Positions 25,459-39,338 of a stretch of 64,000 bases of DNA are shown piece by piece (the first letter of the stretch is position 1; every line of letters starts with the position of its first letter). The stretch is from Octopus bimaculoides (Eukaryota). The notes below the pieces were generated by a model. It ran no database searches and had not been told where the DNA came from. It worked only from the letters and a program-made list of their open reading frames with translations. The DNA lies in assembly GCF_001194135.2 (NCBI RefSeq), contig NC_068995.1, positions 29,914,872-29,978,871 on the forward strand. Reading direction: 5' to 3'. The translations under genes and the position numbers were made by a program.

Positions 25459-27471
25459 TAATCCATATCGATACTCATCACTGCAAGGCAACGAATGAAA
25501 GTCAAACGAGAATCGAGCGTGAATCGTTGATTCTACTCTGCAGAAATTAGCTACTATCCGCAACTCAATTAGAAGGATTTGGGAAATTTGGTAAACAATT
25601 TTTACTGATAAGTTCCATTTCCGTGTTTAATTTCGGTGCCAACACAATTAGTCGACCATGTTCAGATCTTTCAACGTATCTAAAATGGTCGACTACTGCA
25701 TTAAAAAAAAGAAGAAATATTTCATCTGTTTTATCTATTGCATTCTCCCATATAGGAGTATTTTGATTAACTTGCAAATATGTATGAAAATCACTAAATC
25801 ATAAGTGGCTCAGAAAAGTTTCCCTAAATCAAAGCCCTAAAATATAGTCACTCACTAAGATGATATTTAAGAAACTAAAATGTTTCGAATTTCCAATCGC
25901 TAATTGTTTTTGTATTGACTATTCTTTTACATAAGTTCAGTCGATGACACTAACAATGAGAAAGAAATGAAAAGAAACAGAAATCTTTATGAAGTCATTA
26001 GTAGTGTTAGTGGTATGTAATGACGTCACCTTCAAGTCGAAACCGAGTTACAGGTTTGGCGCATTGGGATCTTATCTCTAATGTACTCTAATCTCTATTT
26101 TTCTCTTTCTATTGAAGTGCTCCTCTTTGCTTGTGTTTAAAATCCTATATTCTAACGAATATGTAAATGAGAGGTAGTGGTATTCAAACTTTCCAAAATT
26201 ACATTATCAATGAAGAATGAACCATTTTGATAGCTCGTAAAACTGGAATCACTTATGCCAGGACTTTTTTCTCCCTCTTCGTCGTTTTGTGAAAATAATA
26301 CTTTCCATCCAGACATCATGCCAAGGCTCGTTTTGTTGAGTTTCTGATTCTCTGCTTGTCTTTGATTTATAAAAGCGAAGTTTTTTGAATAAGTTTTACG
26401 ACATTGTAACCTACTTAATTAAACTTATAAAACATTCCCGTATCAATCAACTTTGGATGGAAAATGTAGTTAATTTTAATTCCTTCATAAACTTAAATGA
26501 ATGCTGTAATAGCCATAGGCGCTATCAATTGTAACTCTGTCACGTCAGCCATATTTTGAACCTTAAAACACTCCCACACCAGTAATACACATGTTGTAGC
26601 ATGTTATATACGTATACTACATATTGATATTACAACACTTTCATATATGATATGACTTATTTCATAAAAATCAGTTATTCGTGCAATATTAACTGTTGCC
26701 ATACACCTATTACTCACCAAGTGGCTGTGCGGCACAGCTGTTGGAATATGATATTTATAACGTCTCCGAAATGTAAAGAAAAATCTACATTTGCAATAAT
26801 TTTACAATCAAGACATAATCGTATGTCTAACTGAAGAAAAGCACCATAAATGATGTTCCTACCTTCATTCATTGTTTCCATCGGGCGGTATCGAAGTGTT
26901 GAGTGATATAGGATAAGCCTATTAGGGAAATCAGTTCAGTTTTGATGGGAATTTATATTGCAGATTTGGCTCATCATATCTACATACAAACTTTTTCGAC
27001 TTCAACAAAAAGTTAAGTGATTATTTCTTTTTATTATAAAAGAACGGGGCTTCCTTATAACGTATCTCTTTTCCCACTCTAAGCTTAATATCACTTTTCC
27101 CACTCTTGGGGTAGTTATTTCGGTTCTTTACATTCTCAGTTCAAATTTCACCGCGATCAACTTTTTCTTTTGTCATTTCAGGATCAATAAAATAAAATCT
27201 AAATTTGTGATGAGATGAAAATGTTTGCGTTATTTGTTCTTTTTTTTTAATTTCCGAGTTTTTTTTTAGTTTCCGAGTTACATCGCTTGGTTTAACACCA
27301 CCACCTGGTATTTGTGTATTTCAGCAGTGTTCACTCTGTTGCAAGTGTTCGAGCCAGGTCTTCGGTTTAAGGAAAACTTATTCCATTTATCTCACCAGTC
27401 TCGGAAACCATGAAAAAATAGAGTGTCATGGGCGCTGCCATTCCTTCCCTGACAAAGCGGCCAGTTAAAAC

Positions 27472-27713
27472 GAAGTGCTAAGTTAGAGACGTGAGCATAC
27501 CAACACCAGTGAGGAAGACACAAACACAGAACACACACACACACACACATTCGACGGGCTTCTTTCAGTTTTCGTCTATCAAATCCACTCACACGACTTT
27601 GGTTGGCTTGAGGCTTTAGTAGAAGACACTTATCCAAGGTGCCACGCAGTGAGGCTGAACCCGGAACCATGTGGCTGCAGCAAGCTTCTTCCCACACAGC
27701 CACACCTGCGCCT
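27472..27713 (-). mobile_element. SINE family B (head + CORE-like part)
   Basis: CGACGGGCTTCTTTCAGTTTTCGTCTATCAAATCCACTCAC...CCAAGGTGCCACGCAGTGAGGCTGAACCCGGAACC...CAGCCACACCTGCGCCT, homologous to 13761-14179. Confidence 0.88.
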
Positions 27714-28799
27714 ATAGTCTTGTTTTGTTGGAAACAACACACGTTTTAGCCGAATCCAGATGTTTATTGATGAAAGCTGTCAGATTTTTTTCTTTATTTT
27801 TGCGGGGGTTTTAAAACTTTACACCGAAATTTTCAAAGTTTTTCTTATGAAGCGACAATTATAAATTCTATCCACTTTGCTTTCAATGATGCAACCACTC
27901 CTATTTTGGATGTGGAAGGGGTGTGTCTGTTCCATCAACAGTTTTCGTGTACATCTGCTAAAACTGGAGTGAGACAACTCAGCTAATCGTTAGCATTTCT
28001 ACGAGCTAAATCTTGCTGCAACAATCTGGATTTATGTCTGACAATTAATTTATATCTGATACTATGCTGAATTAACTCAGGTCTATTTATTCGAATATAG
28101 CAACAACAAAATCAACAACAACCACTACTACTACTACGGTAGCAACTCTTCAAAAAGTGAAACAAAATGAATATTAGGGTGACGGTGGTGGTGAGAAATA
28201 AGGAAAAATAGACAACTGGAGAGGTGAGTTCAAGGACATTAAAAATTGGAAACTATTAAGAAAGAATGAGAAGAGGTGGATGAAGTTAATGGTGGGGGAG
28301 TGTAATGCATTACTGGACTGACAGTAAAGAATTCTGCAACTCATTCGGCCGTAGCGGTGCACCTTAAGACTTCAGTCTTTGTTGTTGTTGTTGTTGCTAA
28401 CTTCTGCTGCTGCTGCTGCTGCTGATTATACTGTTTGTTGGTGTTGTTGCTTAGTCCTAAGCCAGCTCTGACTGGACACACCTATGATTCAAAATGTTTC
28501 AGCTGCGACCCCTCCTGTCTTTTTGCACATCAGAGTTTATTAATGCACACTTCATGATTTAAGAGGTTGGGGTGTTACTTGAAGAAGACTGGAGTGGCAA
28601 ATATGAGATACATCTGTTGTATGTTACGTCCAGTGAGAGATGTAGGGAGATATAGAGAGATAGATAGAGATTAGGAAGAGAGTGGGAGAGAGAAAGAAGG
28701 AGAGAAAAAGAGGGAGAGAGTGAATTAGATCTCTTGGTTACTGTACCAGTAATAGGATTCGAAATCAACAATTCTATCAACACCATCACTACCATACCA

Positions 28800-28921
28800 T
28801 CACCATCGTGATCACCATCACTATCACCACCATCATCAACCTTCATCACCATTATTACCACCATCAACATTATCAGTATCACCATCATCATCTCCTTCGC
28901 CAGCACGATCATCACAACCAT

Positions 28922-28964
<43 letters not shown>

Positions 28965-29000
28965 GTCGTCATCATCATCAATTATTACCATCACTATCAT
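28800..29000. repeat. (CAT/CAC)n compound microsatellite
   Basis: Direct inspection. Confidence 0.9.
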
Positions 29001-30194
29001 AACATCATTGCCAGCGCCATCGAAAGTCCGCTATTTTCCTGTCTCCTAAGTCAAGTCACCCTTGTCTCTAATGTGACTCATCTGTGATGAAAAGGCAAGT
29101 CTGTACTCACACGCGCACACGCGCGCACATGCACATGCATTACTTCCTTTATCGCGGGACAGTGTAAAGATCTCTCTTTACTCTTGTCAAAGGCTGGTAA
29201 ATAGGCATCATTAAGGCAGAGAGAAAGAAGCCAAAGAAGGAAACGAAAAACGAATAAATAAATAAATAAATGAAAAAACATCCACGCCGCCGACGAAGAA
29301 AAATGTATATATGATGACGTCAGCTATCATTTTATTTGTTTATTTATTTAGCCATTTTTTTATAGCTGTAATAAAACGTTGAAATGTAACTGGAATGGTT
29401 TATTTGAAAACTTAATGCCTTAGCGAGTTGTTTGCTTAAGTGTCTATTACTGATACGGCTTTATCTAAGACTGAAGTGAAACAAGCAGACTTAAGTGGTA
29501 TGGAAGGCGAGTAAGAAAGAATTACAGAAGGCTAAGTAAGGGAAGAGGAAAAGGAATTAAGCAAGAACAGATGAGAGGAATTAACGAAAGCAAAAGTAAG
29601 TAAATAAATAAATAAATAAATAACGCAATGAATTATAGTTACGGAAGACCGGATAGGAAGAAAAAAGGGAAAACTTAATTTGAAAAAACATTTTAGAGAG
29701 TTGAATAAAAAATAAAAAAGAAAGGTTATCTGCAAGACTTTTACTGGAAATAAGTTATGAAGCATTACAATGGGCTAGATATTTCAGATTGCTCAAAAGC
29801 AGATAAGACCCGCTCCGAACAATTTGAGAAGGAAAACGAATTTTAAAGCGTAAAGAATTCCAGTTGACACAGATAGCAGACAAGGATAGGGAATTAAGGG
29901 GCTTAAACGGACACAGGATTATTAAACGTTTGTTAACGACGAAAAATTTTTTCTATAAATTTTGAGTTAAAACTGATGGGAAAAGTCCCTAAGAAATAGA
30001 GCTGGATAAAAAGTGTCGCTAAAACTGAATAAAATAAACTGTGATGGCAGCGGAGCCTAAGCTAAACCCTTTCCAAATCATATGGAACTAGAAACGATGC
30101 TTTTTATTGTTTTTCAAAATGTTAAGCGGAAAAGAGATAAACCTAACTGGTTTCTGGTTGGAGGAATTGCAAATCCAAATTCCATACCCTTTTG

Positions 30195-30260
30195 AATTAT
30201 ATCACCCATGGTACCTAATTATATCACCCATTGTACCTAATTATATCACCCATGGTACCT
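30195..30260. repeat. 22-bp tandem repeat x3
   Basis: AATTATATCACCCATGGTACCT three times, with one substitution in copy 2. Confidence 0.95.
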
Positions 30261-31039
30261 ACAAAGATTCATGTGGTCTCGATTACGTGACTCTTTGTCA
30301 TTGTATACGTGGCTAAGGTGGCTTAGCATCTTAGCCACGCATACAATGTAATGACACTGCTAGAATCTGAACTACCAGCCCTCCAGTTAGTCCAGGACCC
30401 TGCTAACTGGCTAGCTTTCCCTGCTGTCCCATTTATAACTTAGTCAAAATGTATCTACTACTACAATACCTAGTGCATCCTCCTTTTTTAGCGTACAGGG
30501 TATGTGCTTTGAGGGAAATTTAGGTGCTATTTCCAACAAAGACACCTTAATTATAACAACAAAAAAAAAGAGCTTGACTGTTACACTAAATGCCATCCAG
30601 TATATACTTTCATCACTTTAGGTTCAAATCTATGGAATTCTATTTTATTTATCTTATTTCAAGTGTCAGTAGTATACGTATCAATCATATATTGAATGTA
30701 TTCAATCAATAATATTATTTGCATTTGCCTAAATTATCGCGGCGCATAATATTAGAATATCTGAAGTCCATAACAAAAAAAAAAACTCTAATAAAATAGA
30801 TAATAAAAATAATAACCATAATGAGTGAACAACGAGCTGAACAGATAAATAGTCGATTTGAATGGATTTTGAATACAGTACTTGTTGACAATGCAAGGGA
30901 AATTCAATAGGATACCGGAGGTGAGCAGTGGAAGGGAGACAATCAATACGAAAGTAATAAACATTGGACAAAATAACACGCATCTTTAAATAATTCTGAT
31001 CCCATTAACGCAGGGAGAGATAATATCACTAAAAATTTT

Positions 31040-31430
31040 TGTAGCTGTGGCAAGGAAATTTGCCTTCCAAATGCACAGTGTTTGAGGGAAAATACAGTAT
31101 ACAGATGTAGGGTTGTGTCAGGTGGGATTTCACACTATTATATAGGAGCACGCTCGACTACCTTCAAGACGAGATTCGCTAATCATCAAGCTTCCTTCAA
31201 AGATAGAGAGAAAATATTTAGTACAAGCTTGAGTGGATTTATTTGGTCCCAAAAAGATACAATCACTAACTTTAATGTAAAATGGGAAATTATAGGCGGG
31301 GCAAAACCTTACGAAATCGGGAGTAAGAAATGTAATTTATGCCTATCTTCACGTCTAAATACCAATTATTAAATAATGAACAAGAATTAGCCATGAAATG
31401 TGCGCACCTTCAAAGAAAAAACATTCAAAT
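31040..31430 (+). mobile_element. Penelope-like element GIY-YIG endonuclease remnant
   Basis: CSCGKEICLPNAQCLRENTVYRCRV...YYIGARSTTFKTRFANHQASF...STSLSGFIW...KWEII...PY...KKCNLCL: VY/YIG motifs, catalytic R and NH, flanking Cys clusters typical of PLE endonucleases. Confidence 0.9.
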
Positions 31431-32722
31431 ATTTCCCAAGAAAACATTTTTAATTAAGTAATTATCACGTAGATTGGAGGCGCTAGAGTTTACATGGACA
31501 ATATTAGTGCAGTATCTAATTTGCCTGGCAGTAATTCTTCTCCAACTAATTAGCATTCTTCGTATATAACACTTCACATATGGAATGATTTATTCTGTAT
31601 CTAGGAGAGTGTAATCCACATGTAGATTTAAGGTTGATTTGTAAAGCTAAAAATTTGGATTTCACTTTAGGTGAAAGTATTCTACCATATTGTGTAGAGT
31701 ACCCTGACCTTACAAGTAAATTCTGCATATCTTATATTTCTAAATTATAATTGACTTTGTGACCCTTAATTGTAAATGTCTATCATTGAAATTTATTCCT
31801 ATTTACTTCGCTACGGCCTAGTGGATGAAATATACTTTGACCTAGTTTAAGATCTTAGGGTCAGTCTGATAATGGACTATAGGGTGAATCTGATAATGGA
31901 TTTTATAACCATATCAGGTTTCTAACTATTCCTCTCTTATTCCTTGCACTCAAAAATTATTGTCCCCTACGAAGTGTAATATAGTCTAAAGTGTCATACA
32001 TCAGTTCACTGCAGACTATAATAATGGCAACACCTTGAATAAAGCTGCATAGACTTTTAACCTGATGAACAATCTGGATGCAAATGTAATCCACATTGTA
32101 AGATATCTATGCAGCAAAAACATATGTTTGGAGAGAGATTTAAATTAAATATTGTGTATAATTGACTGTAATAATAAAAACTGTATAGATATATTATTCT
32201 CCTTATTCATTTGAATTGTCTAGTATTTGTGTGGGATCTAGTTAAACTGATTCATAAAATATACATTTTTTTAAAAGGAAATAAAAGATCTGAAAATTGG
32301 CTATAATAATGTAGTTTTCCAGTCTTATTGCTATGAATGTATGATGTTGTGGAAGAAAAAATTGGAGGAAAAAGTTACAGAGGTTTAAAAATCGGAAAAA
32401 CTGTGTACTTTTAGCCAATAGCGAGACAGAGATTTTCTGCGTTTAGCGGAACGGTGTCAACTTTAAGGTTGTACCCTGTGAAATTTATAGTTTAGCATCT
32501 GTGAAATGACCTGTTCATTGTAGGTTTCTAAATAAACAGAAATACCTAATAAAAATCAACATGTATCATCTTACTGTTTCTTTTGTTTCTTCATTGTTTG
32601 TGTTTTATTATTTTAAAAAATTTGTTATATTAATATATTTGCTTGCATGTGTTTACTTTATGCGTATTTCAGTATTATGTATACCTGTCATGTATTTGTG
32701 TACATCATTAATATATAAGTGC

Positions 32723-32774
<52 letters not shown>

Positions 32775-32794
32775 ATATATATATATATATATAC

Positions 32795-32967
32795 AGTTCT
32801 ATGTTTTAGAGATGAGGAATTATGAACATTATTTACATTTGACGGATATTCGTCCTCATCTTCTTGGTTGTTAACACAACGTTTCAGCTGATATACCCCC
32901 CAGCCTTCATCAGGTGTCTTGGGAAAATATTGTTCTCATGGGTTCTCATTCCTAAGGCATTTTTCGA

Positions 32968-33028
<61 letters not shown>

Positions 33029-33030
33029 TT
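32795..33030 (-). mobile_element. Second copy of the hammerhead-tailed short repeat ((AAT)n + HHR + 3' tail)
   Basis: Reverse complement (AAT)n-AACATCGAAAAATGCCTTAGGAATGAGAACCCA...CCCAAGACACCTGATGAAGGCTGG...GAAACGTTGTGTTAAC...ATAGAACTGTA; homologous to 12950-13065. Confidence 0.85.
32873..32918 (-). ncRNA. Minimal type I hammerhead ribozyme motif, core intact
   Basis: GACAC-CUGAUGA-A-GGCUG(gggggUAUAU)CAGCU-GAA-ACGU-U-GUGUU; helix III is the loop-less palindrome ACGU; predicted cleavage after GUU, between 32878 and 32877. Confidence 0.8.
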
Positions 33031-35539
33031 AGGTTTGACTTTTGCTTTGCATTTGTACAAGTTGGATCCAAGTCTCACCCAGAGACCTCAAGAGACAACA
33101 AGTTAGAAGTTCATGTAGGTGTTATGCCTTGGGTACCATATATTTCGATTTGTACATAGTGTTGTTCTAGAGAATGTTTATGAAACCATAAGAAAATTAT
33201 GTGTTTGTTTTTANNNNNNNNNNNNNNNNNNNNNNNNNNNNNNNNNNNNNNNNNNNNNNNNNNNNNNNNNNNNNNNNNNNNNNNNNNNNNNNNNNNNNNN
33301 NNNNNNNNNNNNNNNNNNNNNNNNNNNNNNNNNNNNNNNNNNNNNNNNNNNNNNNNNNNNNNNNNNNNNNNNNNNNNNNNNNNNNNNNNNNNNNNNNNNN
33401 NNNNNNNNNNNNNNNNNNNNNNNNNNNNNNNNNNNNNNNNNNNNNNNNNNNNNNNNNNNNNNNNNNNNNNNNNNNNNNNNNNNNNNNNNNNNNNNNNNNN
33501 NNNNNNNNNNNNNNNNNNNNNNNNNNNNNNNNNNNNNNNNNNNNNNNNNNNNNNNNNNNNNNNNNNNNNNNNNNNNNNNNNNNNNNNNNNNNNNNNNNNN
33601 NNNNNNNNNNNNNNNNNNNNNNNNNNNNNNNNNNNNNNNNNNNNNNNNNNNNNNNNNNNNNNNNNNNNNNNNNNNNNNNNNNNNNNNNNNNNNNNNNNNN
33701 NNNNNNNNNNNNNNNNNNNNNNNNNNNNNNNNNNNNNNNNNNNNNNNNNNNNNNNNNNNNNNNNNNNNNNNNNNNNNNNNNNNNNNNNNNNNNNNNNNNN
33801 NNNNNNNNNNNNNNNNNNNNNNNNNNNNNNNNNNNCATATATATATGAAGAGTGAGAGAAATAAATAAATAGGAAAGTAAAAAGATATATTATTCCGTGC
33901 CGTAGCACCGAATATTCTAACTTGTTCATTATTTATGGACCGCTTTAAGATTGTATGTCTCAGAGCAGAGCAGCTGCAACGTGTTATGTTCGATATGTGT
34001 AGATATTCATTTACTCGTACACACACACACACACGTATGTATGTATGTATGTATGTATGTATGTATGNNNNNNNNNNAGAAGTATGTATGTGTGTGTATG
34101 TATGGGCTCATATCTTTTATTAAAACTTTAACATTTCTAATTAAATGAATCTAATATAAAATTATTATCTATAACAATTGGTCCCTCTACAAATCTCTAA
34201 CAAACCTACTGCATGAGAAATGATGAAATTACAAATAGAAGTAGAACTATAAAGAAGGGTTTCTTGAGTTGGTGATAAAGAAGAGACACTAACGAATGAA
34301 CGAAAAGACACTACATAAACAGGAAAAATCCCATCCTCAGCTAATATCATCAGTTTCGATACGAAAGGCTGACCGACCAGTCCACTCAGCAGTTTCAAGT
34401 GTGCTAAATCAAGAAGATTAACGCTGTTTAGGAATTTGAGAGCTCGCATGTAAGATAAAAACATTGGAACACGTACGTTAGACAAAAATGTGTTTGTACG
34501 CGAGACAAAATGAAACTTAGGAAACTTTAAAAACAAAGCAAAAGCTTTAAAACAATAAAATGAAAATATAAAACAAATAAGATATATAAATCATAAGTGC
34601 TTGAAAAACGTAGGCCTCAGAAAACGTTAAGCCCTAGGATGCCATTTTGCATGAGAGTTACGTCACTCATATTATGACGACTGAGGTTGAAAAGGAAGTT
34701 AGTTGCAGAATCAGAAGTAACGAGGGAAAAGGATGACTCAGTCCACAGGCGGATGTGATGACCGTGGGAGGGAAACAGAGTGCATGTCAACAAGATAGAG
34801 AGATGTGGGGATAAAGGGAGTGAAAGAAGGGAAAAGAATCGTCGACATTATTAATAACACATCGAATTAATAGTATAGGGAGAGTCTTCGTAGCATTAAA
34901 CAGAAAGCAAAAATAACCCTGGTAATTTGCACTAACAGTGCGCCTTACACCATACTTAATTATGCTAGCTAATACTGTTAGTAATTTAAATAAACTCTAT
35001 CCTCACTTCCTCTCCATATTTTTTTCACTATATCTCAATTCCATTTCTTTGCCTTTATTCTCATGCTGAAGCTCACAACTTGCGTACAAACTTGAAATAG
35101 CACCAAATTTCTTCCAAATATCTATCTATGCATAAGCTGAAATTAAAGTGGTTAATAAATAATTTATCATTGTATCCTTATCAAACGTATACTGACTGAA
35201 AACTAAATGGATAAATAAATAAAAATTACGATACAATTCAATCACAGTTAGTGAAGGTGTATTAGACCGTTCACGAAACGTTATTCACGCTCATATACTA
35301 AAAGATCAAAGAAGCCAGTAATTGAGAAAATTAACTGGTGAAACACACGTTGAGAAAAATATCGTTTTCAGGTGTTCCAAATTAACTTCGCGTTCATAAA
35401 GCCGTAGCATATTAAAAACAATCTACAACGTAGATTGAGTTTTAAAGAAATAGGTACGTTAAAAATAAAGAAGGAATTGAAAATAAAAAAGTCAAAAACT
35501 TCCATTTCGAAATTTTTCTGCAATGGATTTCTCCTGGGA

Positions 35540-35960
35540 ACGCTACATAGCCAATACTTCCATCTAAAATTCCTAATGACCTTGAATTAAACTTTCTTCT
35601 GTTCTTCAGTGGTATTAAAATCGTTTTGGTAAAGTAAAGATGTCAACCTAGCTTCTGTCTACTGTTACCATGCTTGTAAGCAGGTGCGAAAACAAGGATC
35701 GACCAGTTTATGTTAAAGGTATTGTACTATTTTGCTTTAATCTCCAAACGTATTTCGAAAATCTAGTAGCCGATTTGAATCTTTTCTGTTTGGGCTGCCA
35801 CTTTTCAATTTCTTTAATTTTTGTTCCAATTAATTTCATATTTGGTGTGTTGGTATAGTTTTGTATGGTAATCACTGGCATGAAATTCATTTTCGCCATA
35901 AATCAATTTTAGCTAATCGAACGCCACAGACATATAGGTGCTTGTTTCCATAGTAAGAAA
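35540..35960 (-). mobile_element. Penelope-like GIY-YIG remnant (degenerate)
   Basis: Minus frame KRFKSATRFSKYVWRLKQNSTIP followed by PAYKHG matches the PLE motif T.LSKY.W.LK.....I.W.....Y. Confidence 0.7.
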
Positions 35961-36715
35961 CCAAGCTGTTACCAAGCTGCTTATCTACGTGGTCATTTTT
36001 CGCTTATTAAATGCTTAAAACACATGAGGCATGAGGTGGTCGTGAGATGTGCTACAAATAATAGCTAAATTCCCGCCATTTTTTTTTCACATATTCGTAT
36101 GAATTTCCATGTGTAGAATACGAATTGCAATTTTTTTCTGAAAATTCAAAAATTAAAATGTTTCGAGGAGTTATATGGCGTGCGTAAAGCAGAATTCTAT
36201 CAATATTTCATTTGTTTACAGTTGAGAACACGTGCAGTCACGTACAAAATTACAGCTTCCAAATCCTGTTTTCCAACTAGGTAAAAATGATCAAACTTTA
36301 AATTTTTTCAAATAAATTTTCTGAAAAATGTGAATTAGCCCCTGAGATTCAACGTGGAAAATTACATCAATACACTAAATTTTGAAATTTTCATTAAACT
36401 TTAAAATTACCACAGGTGCAGCCAAACAGAAAAGTTTCGTAAATTTCCTGCTTGAGTTGAACAGTAAATTAAATTTTCATCTTAGATTCATTATCTGTCA
36501 ATCTAATGTAACTACTTCGGTTGAGAACCATCATTCAGTTTTACATTGGCACCACCATATACTAAAGAACCTGCAAGATTGCTTTTATTAATTGAACACT
36601 TACGAGAGTTCTCTCAATCATGCCTACTCTCTGTATTACTAACATTTGATTAATAAAACTGCTGAAAATTTCGCAACAATCGTGAGAAACTTTGGCACAC
36701 ACACACACGCGCACG

Positions 36716-36763
<48 letters not shown>

Positions 36764-37513
36764 TACACATGCGCATGTGTATGTTCGTTTGTATGTACGG
36801 TGTATTTCTTAAGTTTTGTAAAATAAATGAGACTAAGTTAATATCTAATTCGGTAGAAAATTACATTTTCCTTTTCTTTTTCTCATATTTGGAACCTTAG
36901 AGTCTAAGTATATATTCTTCCTTATTTAAAAGCCTGAATACTTTGTTGTAAAATTGGAAAGCTGTTGCAAAGAATCGACGATATTTTTCTTTGTGATTCT
37001 CTAGCTCATCTTTTCATTTACTCATTTTGTCACCTTGTATTTGTTTGGCTTTTAGTATTTTAACGTAAATGATGTTTTTCAATGGACTATGATATCTTTA
37101 GTTGATATGAATTGTATCACTACTATTTGATTTTTTAAAAATATTAGCCATATTATATAGAAAAATATTTTTTTAAATTCTTTTTGTACACACACACACA
37201 CACACACCCAATCAAACATTTATATTTGTTTATTCGGTTTTATTTTAATGCAAGCATCCTACCAAATGCCTCCATTCGTTTACTGTCTACTAATTGTTAA
37301 AATTTTCTGTTTCGTTGCTCAGAGTATGTTTGAGGATTGAAAACGTGGAACTCAGACTTGCGAAATATGAAGTGTCATCTTACTAAATATATTATAGACT
37401 TTACTTGTATTGTCTAGTATTGTCTTCTACACTGTAATCTTTGCGATCAAGTGTTAAAAAACACACACATACACAACACACACATACACAACACACACAC
37501 ACATACACAACAC

Positions 37514-37568
<55 letters not shown>

Positions 37569-38159
37569 ATTCTTGAATCAGATAAAGAAAATCAGATATC
37601 CAAAGCGGAATCTAGACGAATTACTGATAATGTACATATTTAATGTTTTAGGAAAGAAACTCTACTTTCGCTAATTCTGTAGCTCATCTGAAACTCATAA
37701 GCTACTGTATTAACGAAAGTGAAGTTTCCTAACTAAAACATTTGATCTGTGAAATATATCTTCCTTTCTCCCTCTCTCATTCACTCACTCTCTCTCACTC
37801 ACTTTTTCTCTCTCCCCGCTCTCTCTCTATCTATCTGTACATACATGCATGAATACATACATACATACATGCATGCATATCATTTATTGTACACAGTTTA
37901 AAGATATGAACTACTAATAGTTTCTTGCTTTGGGGATGCGGGTTTAGGCAGGTTTTATAAGACACCCTCCGTCTCCCAGCAATCCCTAAACTCTGAGCAC
38001 ATGGTCTATTCAAATTGCATTTATATATCATGTTTCCAAGAAAAGGGGTGACAGTGAGTTCGAAACTTCGAACATAGAAATGTTCGTTAATGAACAAATT
38101 AACTCAAAAACATTCATATATGTAAGTATATATGCGTACATACGCAGACATTAATAAGC

Positions 38160-38205
38160 ACACACACATACACACACACACACACACACATACACACACA
38201 CACAA

Positions 38206-38293
<88 letters not shown>
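38160..38293. repeat. (CA)n microsatellite, one of many (CA)/(TG) tracts in the window
   Basis: Direct inspection; others at about 16180, 17875, 22865, 32725, 36700, 37460, 48460, 53288, 58500 and 63845. Confidence 0.95.
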
Positions 38294-38295
<2 letters not shown>

Positions 38296-38886
38296 CCTGT
38301 CTGACATCAAACCGCTGCTGCTGTCTCTTATTTGACTATGACAACACACACATCACCCATCATAAATCTTCACAAAGCCATAGAGCTGTTATGAAAAATA
38401 ATTAAGAATTTTTACTTTCATCTATAACTTTATCAAACTTTTTTTGTTATTTGTTTCATTTATTTTTATTATTTTTGTTTTTATCCTTTCCCTTTTTTCT
38501 TTCTTTTCATTATCTCAACCCCTTCACATTTTCTCTCCACAATAAATTTAATTCTTTTCCCCTCCTTATCTGTTTCTTTTTTTCATCATTATTTATGCTT
38601 ATATATTTATCTGTAGTCCCTCCCCACGAAAGAATGGCTCCAATCTCATGACTTTGTGAAGTGGTAGTAGTAGCATTAGGATGAGGACGTGCTAAACGAC
38701 AATGTTAATTGGTGTCATATGTCATCATATGTGTTCAGCTTTGTTGTACATCCCAGCTGTTTATTGGAAATCTATTTAAACAAGGCAGCCTGTCGTTCCA
38801 GCCCTCTGTTGCAAGTACCAAAGATATTTCTCGGTTGAAACTATCCTCTCTGTGTCACTGTCTTTGTCTCTGTCTCCTTCTGTCTG

Positions 38887-38933
<47 letters not shown>

Positions 38934-38969
38934 GTCAGTCTGTCTGTCTGCCTGTCTGTTTGTCTGTTC

Positions 38970-39021
<52 letters not shown>

Positions 39022-39025
39022 GCGA

Positions 39026-39338
39026 TGGCGCGTGACTTAGTGGTTAGGGTATTCAGCTCACCATCGTGAGGTCGTGAGTTCGATTCCTGGCGGTGCGTTA
39101 TACCCTTGAGCATGACATTTTATTTCTCATTGCTCTAGTTCATTCAGCTGGCAAAAATGAATTGTACCTGTAATTTAAAAGGCCAACTATGTCACATTCT
39201 GTGTCATGTTGAATCTCTCTGAGAACTACGTGAATAGTACGCGAGTCTATGGAGTGCTCAGCCTCTTGCACTTCAATTTCACGAGCATGCTGTTTCATTG
39301 ATCGCATCAACTAAAACACTTGTCGCCATAATTGACGA
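39026..39338 (+). mobile_element. tRNA-derived SINE, family C
   Basis: GGCGCGTGACTTAGTGGTTAGGG (A box), GAGTTCGATTCC (B box), CCCTTGAGCATGACATTTTATTTC...CATTCAGCTGGCAAAAATGA CORE-like segment; no tRNA acceptor stem. Confidence 0.75.

Noticed and set aside
26652-26834. SGCAAQ motif suggesting a DDE transposase
   Set aside because: A single short motif with no supporting context.
30195-30260. CRISPR-like array
   Set aside because: Head-to-tail 22-mers without spacers, in a eukaryotic context.
34350-34395. Minus-strand CTGCTGA...CGAAAC hammerhead-like spacing
   Set aside because: Essential A6 is replaced, helix II base does not pair, and there is no UH cleavage triplet in register.
39026-39075. 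tRNA gene call for this and other SINE heads (12878, 14110-14179, 63745)
   Set aside because: A/B boxes are present but there is no complete cloverleaf or acceptor stem, and they continue into SINE bodies.
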